A stretch of DNA of 64,000 bases from Candidatus Nanoarchaeia archaeon (GTDB lineage: Archaea; Nanobdellota; Nanobdellia; SCGC-AAA011-G17; JACPNG01). Positions 17,852 to 26,956 of this stretch are shown here, piece after piece. The translations under genes were made by a program, and so were the position numbers. Within the stretch, counting starts at the first letter, position 1, and the number at the start of each line of letters is the position of its first letter. Under the pieces are notes generated by a model. That model was not told the DNA's origin, did no database searches, and saw only the letters and a list, made by a program, of their open reading frames with translations. Where the stretch lies: contig JAQTMY010000001.1 in the NCBI GenBank assembly GCA_028714095.1, forward strand, positions 2,147 to 66,146, read 5' to 3'.

Positions 17852-20104
17852 TTAACCTTTTACTACAGTCATGTCGCTTAAAGTTGTACCTTTAACAACA
17901 ACTGAGGTTCCAGCTAAGCTATAGTCTTTGAAGTTTTGCAAGACTTTAGCAGCTCTTCTGGTATCCATTGCGTTGTATCCAGCAACAACCATAGCTACTT
18001 TATCGCCGTTAGCAACTAATTTGATAAGTGCCTCACCAGCTGAATAAGTTGCTCTGAAGTCGTCAGCAGATCCTACGAACTGCTCAGCTACTGAGTTAAT
18101 AGCTGGTCCACCTACTACAATTAAATTGTAGTTAGCTGGGTTTGTAACTTCAGTGTCCAACATACTCTTGGTTTCGATAGCAGTTACCTCACAGTTACTA
18201 CCTGAAGTAGATGTTGTTGCACTTGTACCCTTTATTACGACGTTTGCAAATACCTGGTCTCCTGGAATATCTAAGACAACTTCATCACTTGCACCATGTG
18301 ACTTTGGATTTCTGATGATTACACCATATTCTGTTCTATGGTCTTCATCCTTGGTTCCAACGTTTGTTGCTTGCCATACCAATTCACCTGCTTCTTCAGA
18401 TGACAATGTGTCACCAAGTGAAGTAAAGATTACTGATGTAGCAGCAACTTGTGTAGCGTCCCAAGTTGTGTTTATGTACTCTGAGTTTGCCAAGTAAGTT
18501 GCATCATACAACTGTAAGTCAATAGATACGTTACCGGCAGCTCCTCCATCCTCATTGTGGATGTAGAATCTTGCATCAGTTCCTTTTGTGTTGTCATATT
18601 CTATGTGACCAAAGTTTGTGTATGTTGCATCAGCTGTTGTAGCATTTCCTGCATAAACTACCTTATTGTTATTGTCTTCATAGTAAATGCTGTATGCATC
18701 TACTGCAGCGCCTGCTCCAGCATAAACACCTGAAATCCAGATTTTGTCTGTTCTCCAGTCTGCAGCTGTTCCATTAGAGTTTGACAAATCTGCTCCGTCA
18801 ACAACCAATGCTTCATCTTTGTTTGCATGTATGTAAATTGATGGTGCAGCAGTTAATCCAGCACACCCACCACAGGCATCACTAAGATCAGCTGAGGTAT
18901 CAAATTCCATTGTAACAGTTGCATAATTGTCATCAGCAACACTTAAGCTGTCCAAACAAATACTTACATAGTTGTTTGGTAAGTCTAAGCACTCGCCAAC
19001 TCCAATTGGGTTATCTGAATCATCATTCCATACAAAGTCGTTTTCAATACCTAATTTTGGACCAGTTACTTCTGCAGTTGAAGTTGTTAAACTTGAAGCT
19101 GCATTGTCATTTAATCCACCTACATCCCATACCCAATTAGGATTGTCTTCGTCTTCACCAACGTAAGCATCTCCATCTTGGAAGGTTTCTTGGGAGTTTT
19201 TACCTATAACTAAAGTAGCAGATCTCTGATCCTTGTTGTCTTCATAGAATGTTTCATCGTTTGTAACTTCAATTCCATTTACTGTTTCAGTACTTGCTGA
19301 TGGAATTGTTTCTGAAACACCATCTACGTTAACAACAACTGCTCCACCTGATCCAACGTTCTCAAGTATTACCTTTTTGCCGTTTACTTCTACTTCGTCC
19401 CCAACATTCATAAAGTACTCAGTACCAACATAAGCTGTAAACTTAGTAGCTAAGGTTGTATCAATACTGGTAATTTTAAGGGTTTTGCCCAAGAATTTAA
19501 GTTCCAATGGTGTTGTACTTGAGGACAAGTTTGGCTGTATTGTCTCATCAAACAAATAGAAGTACTTTATTGCATCTCTGCCCATTTCCATTACTACACT
19601 TGTCTCATAGTCATCATCTGCGCTAGTAAGACTTGTAGCAATTGTGGCGTTTCCTGTTGCGAAAGCCAAGTTTTCTTGGACATCGTAGTCTGCACTTCTA
19701 AATGTAATTGTTGTATCTAATAAAGTTGGTATGTCGTCATCTTGTAATTCTGTATCAAATGTATAGCTGTTTGCATCAGCTACGGCTGCGCCTAATGGAA
19801 TTTGTTCGCTTTTTCCACCAGAAACAGTGATTGATCCTCCACCTGAACTACATACCTTACTTTCAAATTGCAATCCTGCTCCGATATCTAGGACTCCTAG
19901 ACTATCATCTGAAGCTGCGTTGGCACCTACAACGAATACGTTAGAGTTGTCATATTTTCCTCCAACAATAAATGGACTTGGGTACTCAGCTAAATCCAAA
20001 GCAAGTGCACCACCTGCGGTAGCTGCAAGCATACCAGCCCCGGCACCTATAGCAGCAATTTTTCTGATTGCTTTCTTTGCTTTCAGTACAAAGGTTTCTT
20101 GCAT
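17852..20104 (-). CDS. S-layer protein
   Basis: Signal peptide KKAIRKIAAIGAG, LDLAEYPSPF, VVGANAASDD, C-terminal NLIVVGGPAINSV...VAGYNAMDTRRAA (Methanococcales-type S-layer termini); acidic; strong SD GGAGGTG. Confidence 0.88.
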   Translation of the reverse strand: MQETFVLKAKKAIRKIAAIGAGAGMLAATAGGALALDLAEYPSPFIVGGKYDNSNVFVVGANAASDDSLGVLDIGAGLQFESKVCSSGGGSITVSGGKSEQIPLGAAVADANSYTFDTELQDDDIPTLLDTTITFRSADYDVQENLAFATGNATIATSLTSADDDYETSVVMEMGRDAIKYFYLFDETIQPNLSSSTTPLELKFLGKTLKITSIDTTLATKFTAYVGTEYFMNVGDEVEVNGKKVILENVGSGGAVVVNVDGVSETIPSASTETVNGIEVTNDETFYEDNKDQRSATLVIGKNSQETFQDGDAYVGEDEDNPNWVWDVGGLNDNAASSLTTSTAEVTGPKLGIENDFVWNDDSDNPIGVGECLDLPNNYVSICLDSLSVADDNYATVTMEFDTSADLSDACGGCAGLTAAPSIYIHANKDEALVVDGADLSNSNGTAADWRTDKIWISGVYAGAGAAVDAYSIYYEDNNNKVVYAGNATTADATYTNFGHIEYDNTKGTDARFYIHNEDGGAAGNVSIDLQLYDATYLANSEYINTTWDATQVAATSVIFTSLGDTLSSEEAGELVWQATNVGTKDEDHRTEYGVIIRNPKSHGASDEVVLDIPGDQVFANVVIKGTSATTSTSGSNCEVTAIETKSMLDTEVTNPANYNLIVVGGPAINSVAEQFVGSADDFRATYSAGEALIKLVANGDKVAMVVAGYNAMDTRRAAKVLQNFKDYSLAGTSVVVKGTTLSDMTVVKG

Positions 20105-20284
20105 AATTTACACACCTCCATGTATGGTTATATTTTTTATGCGTTCTCTTTTGTTTTGTGATAGGCCTTTTTTGGTTTAAAAGACCTGATGAACCAACGG
20201 TTATAACATTCCAACTATGCCTATACCCAGACACAGTTTACAACCATTGGTAATCTTATAATTCCCGGGAAAACGCTTTATAAA
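20105..20284 (-). promoter_or_regulatory. S-layer promoter and structured ~150-nt 5' leader
   Basis: TATA TTTATAAA at 20277-20284; 13-bp helix 20238-20250/20194-20206 with G-U pairs on the minus strand; second hairpin 20163-20187; SD. Confidence 0.65.
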
Positions 20285-20402
20285 CATTTATAGACTCCAG
20301 TATATAATTTGTAGCTAAAACCCAAAAATTTGACCACTACAGCCCCTAAATACAAGGTTGCCCTCATTTTCATCCAGAATTTGTGTAACTACTAAATAAT
20401 TG

Positions 20403-20855
20403 TTAATTTTTGCAGATTGCAAGTGTAATTTCAAACCTATTTTCACCAAAACCCCCCGCCTGGTAGTTCTCACTAATCATATTATTACCAGTACAATTCC
20501 CAATTTCTATAAATCCTTTACCTGTTTTGGTTATACTAAATCTATATTCTTTGCCAAAGAACTCGTTTAAACTAGGCTCAAGAGTTTTTCGTATAAAATC
20601 CCTGCAATTAAGATTCTGGCATGGGGCAATTTCATCATTATTACAATCCCTTATTATCTCTTCCATCTTGACATTGGAATCCAGGCAGGGAGTATATTCT
20701 AAAAAAGCAGGCATAAACTTAGAGGTCTTAATAACATCCTTAGTTTCAGTATTTTTATTCTTTGAGGAAAACACCAAAAAGAAACTTCCAATTATAACAA
20801 ATAAAATAACAATTACAACTAATCCTATTATTTCTGTCTGTCCTTTCTTATTCAT
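20403..20855 (-). CDS. Class III signal peptide (pilin-like) protein
   Basis: MNKKG|QTEIIGLVVIVILFVIIG. Confidence 0.75.
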   Translation of the reverse strand: MNKKGQTEIIGLVVIVILFVIIGSFFLVFSSKNKNTETKDVIKTSKFMPAFLEYTPCLDSNVKMEEIIRDCNNDEIAPCQNLNCRDFIRKTLEPSLNEFFGKEYRFSITKTGKGFIEIGNCTGNNMISENYQAGGFGENRFEITLAICKN

Positions 20856-21387
20856 AGTTCTCCCCTATCAGTTTTCCAATAAAGTACTTTCCATTTACAG
20901 GGTAATAAACTGATATAGGAACACTAAATATGCTCTTGCTCTTAAAATTAGGTTTTGGATTTTGATAAATAATAAACTCATTGCAGTTCATTGGATAGTT
21001 TCCATAGTCTACCTTAAACATTTTTATACAATCTCCTTTCTTGATCTCAAAAGGAGCCTCAATAATCTCTATCCTGAATGTTCTAAACCCAAACACATCA
21101 TAATAATCCTCTTTGTTAACTTTTTCATTAAAGGCAATTATCTTTAAACTGTCTAAACATCTTTCTTCCTTATTCCTAAAGCTGCACTGGAGTTCTGGCA
21201 TTCTTGAAACATAGCTAAGTAAAACATCTGCTCTTTGATCAGCTAAATCCTGGGTTTTACTTTCAATGTCAGATTTTTGGAACTTAAAATAAAACACAAC
21301 AGCAAGAACCATAAGAATTATAATAACTATAACTACCATAATGGTTTCAATAAGTCCAATCTGTCCTTTCCTAGAATACTGTTTCAC
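20848..21387 (-). CDS. Class III signal peptide (pilin-like) protein
   Basis: SRKG|QIGLIETIMVVIVIIILMVL. Confidence 0.75.
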   Translation of the reverse strand: MKQYSRKGQIGLIETIMVVIVIIILMVLAVVFYFKFQKSDIESKTQDLADQRADVLLSYVSRMPELQCSFRNKEERCLDSLKIIAFNEKVNKEDYYDVFGFRTFRIEIIEAPFEIKKGDCIKMFKVDYGNYPMNCNEFIIYQNPKPNFKSKSIFSVPISVYYPVNGKYFIGKLIGENYE

Positions 21388-22357
21388 AATCTCTCTCCCT
21401 AAGTCTATTATTTTCCTTATCTAAGTTATTTGCCCTGTCAAGATACTCTTCCGGATTAGTTACCTTTTGTAATAATAAATTCTTCAATAAACTATAGTCA
21501 CATCCACTAACCTTAGATGCTAACTCTTCAGCCTTGCCAGAATAAACTTTATTTATAACATTAAACTTCTCAACAGCCCTTTCATAGCTGCATTTATAGT
21601 TTGACGAAAAGATAGCTCCATACAACAAAGGCTTGCCAAAGAAAAAATACTGTTTATTGCCCTGTAATAATGCCCCTCTGCACTCCATATCATTCTCACT
21701 TTCACAATCCTTAGTTTTAATCTCAACAACCTCAAGATTCTCATTTTCTAGATTCTTAAGAGTATTAGACGTATCAATAAAGATGACTCTTACTCTGGAA
21801 TAATCCTCCAAAACCTGAGTTAGATAATTACTATCTACAGATTTTTTATATTCTACACTAAAAACATCAGGAATACTGCCCTCATTTACCCTTCCTGTTT
21901 TTGGGTCCTTAACTCCTTTAAGGTTTTCAGCTAAACTACCTCCAACCAAAACAAAGAGTGTTTCCTTGTCAGCCAAATAAAAGATGTTTCCAATTCTGTA
22001 AGGATATTTCCAGTCAGTCCCCCATATATAAAACTCACTGTTAAGTTCCTTGGGAGCAAAAATAATCTTGCTTGTCTTTAGCCTATTATTTCCAACTATT
22101 AAACTATCACAGTTAAATGGATCTAAACTTATCTTATCCTTTGTGTAAAAATTAGCAGGAATTGTTGTTTCTCCAGATATTGAAAAAGATATCAGCATAT
22201 CCTCCAATGTCCTTGTTTCAGTAAACTCAGTTATCTTATCGCTTGTCTCAACCTGTTTGAATGCAAACCTTACAAAGAAAGTCAATAATATAACTCCAAT
22301 AATCCCAATGAATATATATTTGAATACAGGAGAAATATCACCTTTTTTGTTTATCAT
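21371..22357 (-). CDS. Class III signal peptide-like membrane-anchored protein
   Basis: MINKKG|DISPVFKYIFIGIIGVILL; ATGA overlap with upstream gene. Confidence 0.7.
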   Translation of the reverse strand: MINKKGDISPVFKYIFIGIIGVILLTFFVRFAFKQVETSDKITEFTETRTLEDMLISFSISGETTIPANFYTKDKISLDPFNCDSLIVGNNRLKTSKIIFAPKELNSEFYIWGTDWKYPYRIGNIFYLADKETLFVLVGGSLAENLKGVKDPKTGRVNEGSIPDVFSVEYKKSVDSNYLTQVLEDYSRVRVIFIDTSNTLKNLENENLEVVEIKTKDCESENDMECRGALLQGNKQYFFFGKPLLYGAIFSSNYKCSYERAVEKFNVINKVYSGKAEELASKVSGCDYSLLKNLLLQKVTNPEEYLDRANNLDKENNRLRERDCETVF

Positions 22358-25300
22358 ATATAAATTATAGCAGACAATTCATTATTAAATTTATCCCTGC
22401 ACTTGATATAATACTTGGCTGCTCCCTCTACTAAGGTAGCTTCCTGAATCTTGGTGTCTTCACCAGTCATTAAAGTTCCATCTCCAAACTTGAATGAATC
22501 AATTGTATCATATTCACACTTAGCTTCCTCATCTAATTCAATATGCAATACAGAACTTGTTGTGTAAATCTGGTTTAGGTTAGGAGTATAATTATCAACT
22601 GTAATTTTTATGCTTAACTTATCCTCTGCCTTGTTCCCAGCAATGTCCTGGCATTTAATATATAATATATAATTTCCATTGCTTAAGTTTAAGTCTTGAC
22701 TGTGTTTAGTCCCATCTGTAGTCTCAAACTTAATCATATTGGCTATGACGGTGTTAAGGTCGCTGTAATAACAACTTGCTTTGTTCTCAGCTCCTCCAAT
22801 AGTTTCAACCTCTAAATTAATCTCTCCATTGTAGAAAGTTCCCTCAGGTCCGATATCGGTTATGTTTAATGGCTCTGTCTCCCTTGTCTCAAATACATAA
22901 CTCTCTGAATTATAATTTCTTGATTTTTCCCCTGGCTGATCAGCACATCTTATGTAGAATTTCCTGTATTGATGTACTGATTTTAAAATGGTTTTACATT
23001 CATAGCTTCCAGAAGCATAGCTGCTTACAGCCAATCCAGATTGTACACATGAAAATATATTGTTCATGTCATCATACTCAATGTCATTAGTGCTCCACTT
23101 GCATGTACTTGGCTCTGAAACAAATACTGACAAAGGCATGTCAACTATATTGGATGCAATATAAGCATTGTTTATTGGGCTTGTTCCATAGATTATTGGA
23201 GCGGTTAAATCAGGTCCAGTACCTATCTTGAATTTAATGTAATAATCTTTTTCATTAGCATTTCCCTTCCCGTCCTTACACCTTACATAAATTGTGTATT
23301 TCCCTCCATTGCTGAACTTTAGTGCTTTAGCATCAGTAAGCTCATCTGGAAGATTTAATGTTGTTTCATGCTCATATCTCAATAATGAATCCTGGAAATT
23401 GCTTGCCATACTATCAAATTCTTTTCCCTGCTCCATATCTATCTTACATTGACCTGGCTCATTAAGTTTAATTCCAATCTTTACAGCCTCATATGCTTTT
23501 ATTTCTGTTTCAACCTCATAGCCGTTTGCATCTTTCTTGTATTTTATTGTCTTGTCTTTTATTAATGGCTCAATTATAGGAGAATTAACATCTCTAGGAT
23601 TAAGGTCAACGCATTTTTCCTCTGTTGTTCCCTTGTTTACTAGCTCGCACGTTTTTCCCAAAGACTTGCATTTATACTCACTACATCCTAACTTTTCATC
23701 ATTGCATTTCTCGCAATTATCTCCGCCGTCAGGAGCACTCCACAGATTACATGAAATAGTATAAGTTTTTTCTTGTTGTTCTGAAGCAACAATATCAATT
23801 AACTTTAAGATTTGATAATAAGTCATTATTGTATTTACAGTCCCCATTATGTTTCCAAGAATTGTTTTCTGGACATAATTTTCTCCAACTTTTTCAATAC
23901 CTTTTTCAGCTAACTCTTCAGAAACTGCTTTCTCAATAAACTGTTTCTTAAGTTCTGGATTTGAAGCAATAGATAAAAGTCTCATATCACTAGTTAGAGC
24001 TAATTCTGCATTCTTTCTTATTCCTTCAATAACACTGTTTTCAACTACAGTTCCAAAAGCACTATATCCACTCAATATTTGTAAAGGATTTAATCCACCC
24101 TGAGCAGCTTTTTCTAAATTCTTTGAACCAAAAATCCCTCCATAAGCTGTAGTTCCAATCTGTAATCCTAAAGCTAACCAGTTACCCCAGTTCCATCTCT
24201 TGCTAAACTCAGAAACTCTCTCTCTGTTAGAGCTTCCAGAAACTAAAGCATTGACATTTCCTAAATCACTTTCTTTTAATTTGTAACCATTAAAGTATAG
24301 ATCATCATTTTCCTTTTCAGCGCTTGCTGTGTTTACATAACCATCAAAAGTAGCATCGCCATTGAAATTATAATAAGCTCCGCAATCTCCTAAACTTCTG
24401 CAATAATTATTTCCAGAAATAACCCAATCCTCAGCCATACACTGGCAGTTTTTTACGCAATCATATCCCTGATCCTGGTCAGTTATGAATCCCCAAACCC
24501 TTGCAAATCCTCCCCTTATCCACTCAACCTTGCATTCTTGATTCCCCTTGCTGCATTCTGAAGTTGAATCAGTGCTCACAGAAGAATTGCCTCCAGAATT
24601 ATAACTTACAGTCCAGAATTTCATTCCAGGAGGGATATTAGGAACACATTTTCCATTAGCGCTTTTCTCCCAGTCTTTATAAAATTTCTGTTCATCACCA
24701 TCTAAATATTGATTGTATTCATCTTCGCTTAAGAAAGAAAATATACTTCCGCTTCCTTCAGACCAATAACAATCCTTATTTACATTATCATTACAGCATT
24801 CTTTTGCAGCACATAATATCTGTGCTTCATTAACATTAGTGGATTCCTCAGTTGAGTCTAAACCACTAACCAGACTTCCTGCCTCTGCATCAGGGACAGG
24901 ATCCTCTAATCCAGAACATTTTCCCCCATAAAGATTTTTTAAAATATTAGCATCATTACAAGCACTGCATAACTGATATCTATTAGGAACACATCCAGCC
25001 TCAATATATCCTTTTTTCAAGCCAAAAGATTCAAGCAGAGAAGAAATATTACTTCCCTGGGTTTGCTGTATGCAAAACTCTTCCCTATAATCCTTGCATT
25101 GTTCAATAATTTCCTCGCCATTAATGCATAAAGCTCTGTACTGTCTGCTCCCAACCAAATCCTGCCCTTTTCCAACAGTACCTTCATAGATACACCATGA
25201 TTCCCCATTCTTTCTTTTCTCTCCTGCGTTTGGAGAACTTTCATATTCAGTGGTTACCTCACAGTTTACATCTTTGCATATATAATCTCCATACATAGGT

Positions 25301-26106
25301 TTAATCTCAGAAGAATTCCCGCATATTGTTCCAAAAGCATAATCACAATTTCCGCATGATTTGTCATTTAAAGTTGCTTTACAGTTTACTTCTGTAATAT
25401 ATCCTTTGTTATAGCTTGTGTCTTTGTTAGAAGAATAAACATTTTCCCTGTTGCCACAAGAATCATACCAGTAAACTTTTCCTTGATAACAGTCTGTATG
25501 GTGTTGTTTAGAACATCCGCAGCTTAACTTATCGTTGCTGCATAGCATATCTTTAAAAAATCCTTCCCTGGTTTCATTATTCCCCTCTGCCATGTTGCAT
25601 GCGCTTCTTGTTGTGAATGAACAGGAATTTCCATTTACACAGCATCCAGTTTCCTGGCTTCTAGATTTAGCCAGACATGTTTTTTCATCAGTTATAGAGC
25701 TGTCAAAAACAGTGCCAACTCCAGTATATTTCGAGCCTGTTTCCTTGCATTTTACCTCTGTAACAAAAAATGCCTCTGTTCCAATCATACAGCATCCATT
25801 ACTGCATTGAGGAACGCTACAAGAAGCATCAGAACTAAAAGTTCCTTTTTTATTATCGCATGTAGCTTGTGGAGTATTCTTAAAACATCTTCCATCGTCC
25901 TGCGAAAAACAGCAACCTAAATTGCAATAGCTTGTCTGTTCGCATGTTGCATAATTTTTTCTGAATCCATTCATGCAATATTTTTCATCAGTATACTGGC
26001 AGTATTCTCCAGAAGTAGTTTTTTCACAGCATGCATCAGTAGCCATAACAATGTTTACTAAACTAAGCAAAACCATTCCAAAAATAAAAAATTTAAACGC
26101 TTTCAT
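22354..26106 (-). CDS. Giant secreted Cys-rich protein with central hydrophobic segment and C-terminal Ig-like repeats (paralogue A)
   Basis: 1250 aa, Sec-type signal, many CC/C repeats, RKNGESWCIY...VGSRQYR..CINGEE, GPDLTAPII. Confidence 0.85.
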   Translation of the reverse strand: MKAFKFFIFGMVLLSLVNIVMATDACCEKTTSGEYCQYTDEKYCMNGFRKNYATCEQTSYCNLGCCFSQDDGRCFKNTPQATCDNKKGTFSSDASCSVPQCSNGCCMIGTEAFFVTEVKCKETGSKYTGVGTVFDSSITDEKTCLAKSRSQETGCCVNGNSCSFTTRSACNMAEGNNETREGFFKDMLCSNDKLSCGCSKQHHTDCYQGKVYWYDSCGNRENVYSSNKDTSYNKGYITEVNCKATLNDKSCGNCDYAFGTICGNSSEIKPMYGDYICKDVNCEVTTEYESSPNAGEKRKNGESWCIYEGTVGKGQDLVGSRQYRALCINGEEIIEQCKDYREEFCIQQTQGSNISSLLESFGLKKGYIEAGCVPNRYQLCSACNDANILKNLYGGKCSGLEDPVPDAEAGSLVSGLDSTEESTNVNEAQILCAAKECCNDNVNKDCYWSEGSGSIFSFLSEDEYNQYLDGDEQKFYKDWEKSANGKCVPNIPPGMKFWTVSYNSGGNSSVSTDSTSECSKGNQECKVEWIRGGFARVWGFITDQDQGYDCVKNCQCMAEDWVISGNNYCRSLGDCGAYYNFNGDATFDGYVNTASAEKENDDLYFNGYKLKESDLGNVNALVSGSSNRERVSEFSKRWNWGNWLALGLQIGTTAYGGIFGSKNLEKAAQGGLNPLQILSGYSAFGTVVENSVIEGIRKNAELALTSDMRLLSIASNPELKKQFIEKAVSEELAEKGIEKVGENYVQKTILGNIMGTVNTIMTYYQILKLIDIVASEQQEKTYTISCNLWSAPDGGDNCEKCNDEKLGCSEYKCKSLGKTCELVNKGTTEEKCVDLNPRDVNSPIIEPLIKDKTIKYKKDANGYEVETEIKAYEAVKIGIKLNEPGQCKIDMEQGKEFDSMASNFQDSLLRYEHETTLNLPDELTDAKALKFSNGGKYTIYVRCKDGKGNANEKDYYIKFKIGTGPDLTAPIIYGTSPINNAYIASNIVDMPLSVFVSEPSTCKWSTNDIEYDDMNNIFSCVQSGLAVSSYASGSYECKTILKSVHQYRKFYIRCADQPGEKSRNYNSESYVFETRETEPLNITDIGPEGTFYNGEINLEVETIGGAENKASCYYSDLNTVIANMIKFETTDGTKHSQDLNLSNGNYILYIKCQDIAGNKAEDKLSIKITVDNYTPNLNQIYTTSSVLHIELDEEAKCEYDTIDSFKFGDGTLMTGEDTKIQEATLVEGAAKYYIKCRDKFNNELSAIIYI

Positions 26107-26909
26107 GCAAACCTATTCTCTCCCTGAATAGCAAACTGGAAAATATACTCATTTCCTTCTTTGGTTATTGTATAAACCTTGTCAGGATATGGTTTTTTCA
26201 GATAAAGTTTATATTCTCCTTTCTTGGCCAGCATATAAGTTAATGTATCAAAGTTTCCGCTTACAGCCTCTCCGCTAAATACATCCCATCCGTTTATTAC
26301 TTCCTGAGAAACATCATATAAATTTCCAAGGGGATAATCAAACATAACTTCAAATTTATCTTCAGATACACTTATATCTTTAGATTTTCCCTTAAGAGTA
26401 ACCAACCAGTTAACATTAAGAACAACACTATCAGGTCTTATAACAAATTGATAGTTTGGTTTATCTTGTACAATTATATTATAAGATTTAAGATTTCCAG
26501 TATTTTTTATCTCATTTAAACAAGAATCCATAAAATACCCTACATTTTCATTAAGCTGATCTTCCATATTCTTAAGAGTTAGCATCCTATTACTGCAGCT
26601 TTCTTTGTCAGGAATATTATAACATAAATAACTTATTTTATTGTCAGCATAAAGAATATAGGTTCCTTCGGGAGTCTCTAGATATCCTCCTTGCTTGCCA
26701 ATAGCCTGCAATAACGAATTAGGGCTGTTTAAACTATTATCATACCCGCAGCTTATTATTGCCTCTTTGATAGACTCCATCTCACCTTCAAGACTTTCAG
26801 TAGTAACAGGCATGAATATTGTCTTTCTACCAATTAAAAACAAAGCAACTAAAACAACTATAACTATTCCTAATATAACAAATAAAGTTACCTGACCTCT
26901 TTTTCCCAT
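26103..26909 (-). CDS. Class III signal peptide protein (KRGQVTLF family)
   Basis: MGKRG|QVTLFVILGIVIV, IGKQGGY; paralogue of 62792-63535. Confidence 0.8.
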   Translation of the reverse strand: MGKRGQVTLFVILGIVIVVLVALFLIGRKTIFMPVTTESLEGEMESIKEAIISCGYDNSLNSPNSLLQAIGKQGGYLETPEGTYILYADNKISYLCYNIPDKESCSNRMLTLKNMEDQLNENVGYFMDSCLNEIKNTGNLKSYNIIVQDKPNYQFVIRPDSVVLNVNWLVTLKGKSKDISVSEDKFEVMFDYPLGNLYDVSQEVINGWDVFSGEAVSGNFDTLTYMLAKKGEYKLYLKKPYPDKVYTITKEGNEYIFQFAIQGENRFA

Positions 26910-26956
26910 TTTATCTCTCCTTTGATTTATTTTTATATTTTAAAAAATTTTGCTTT

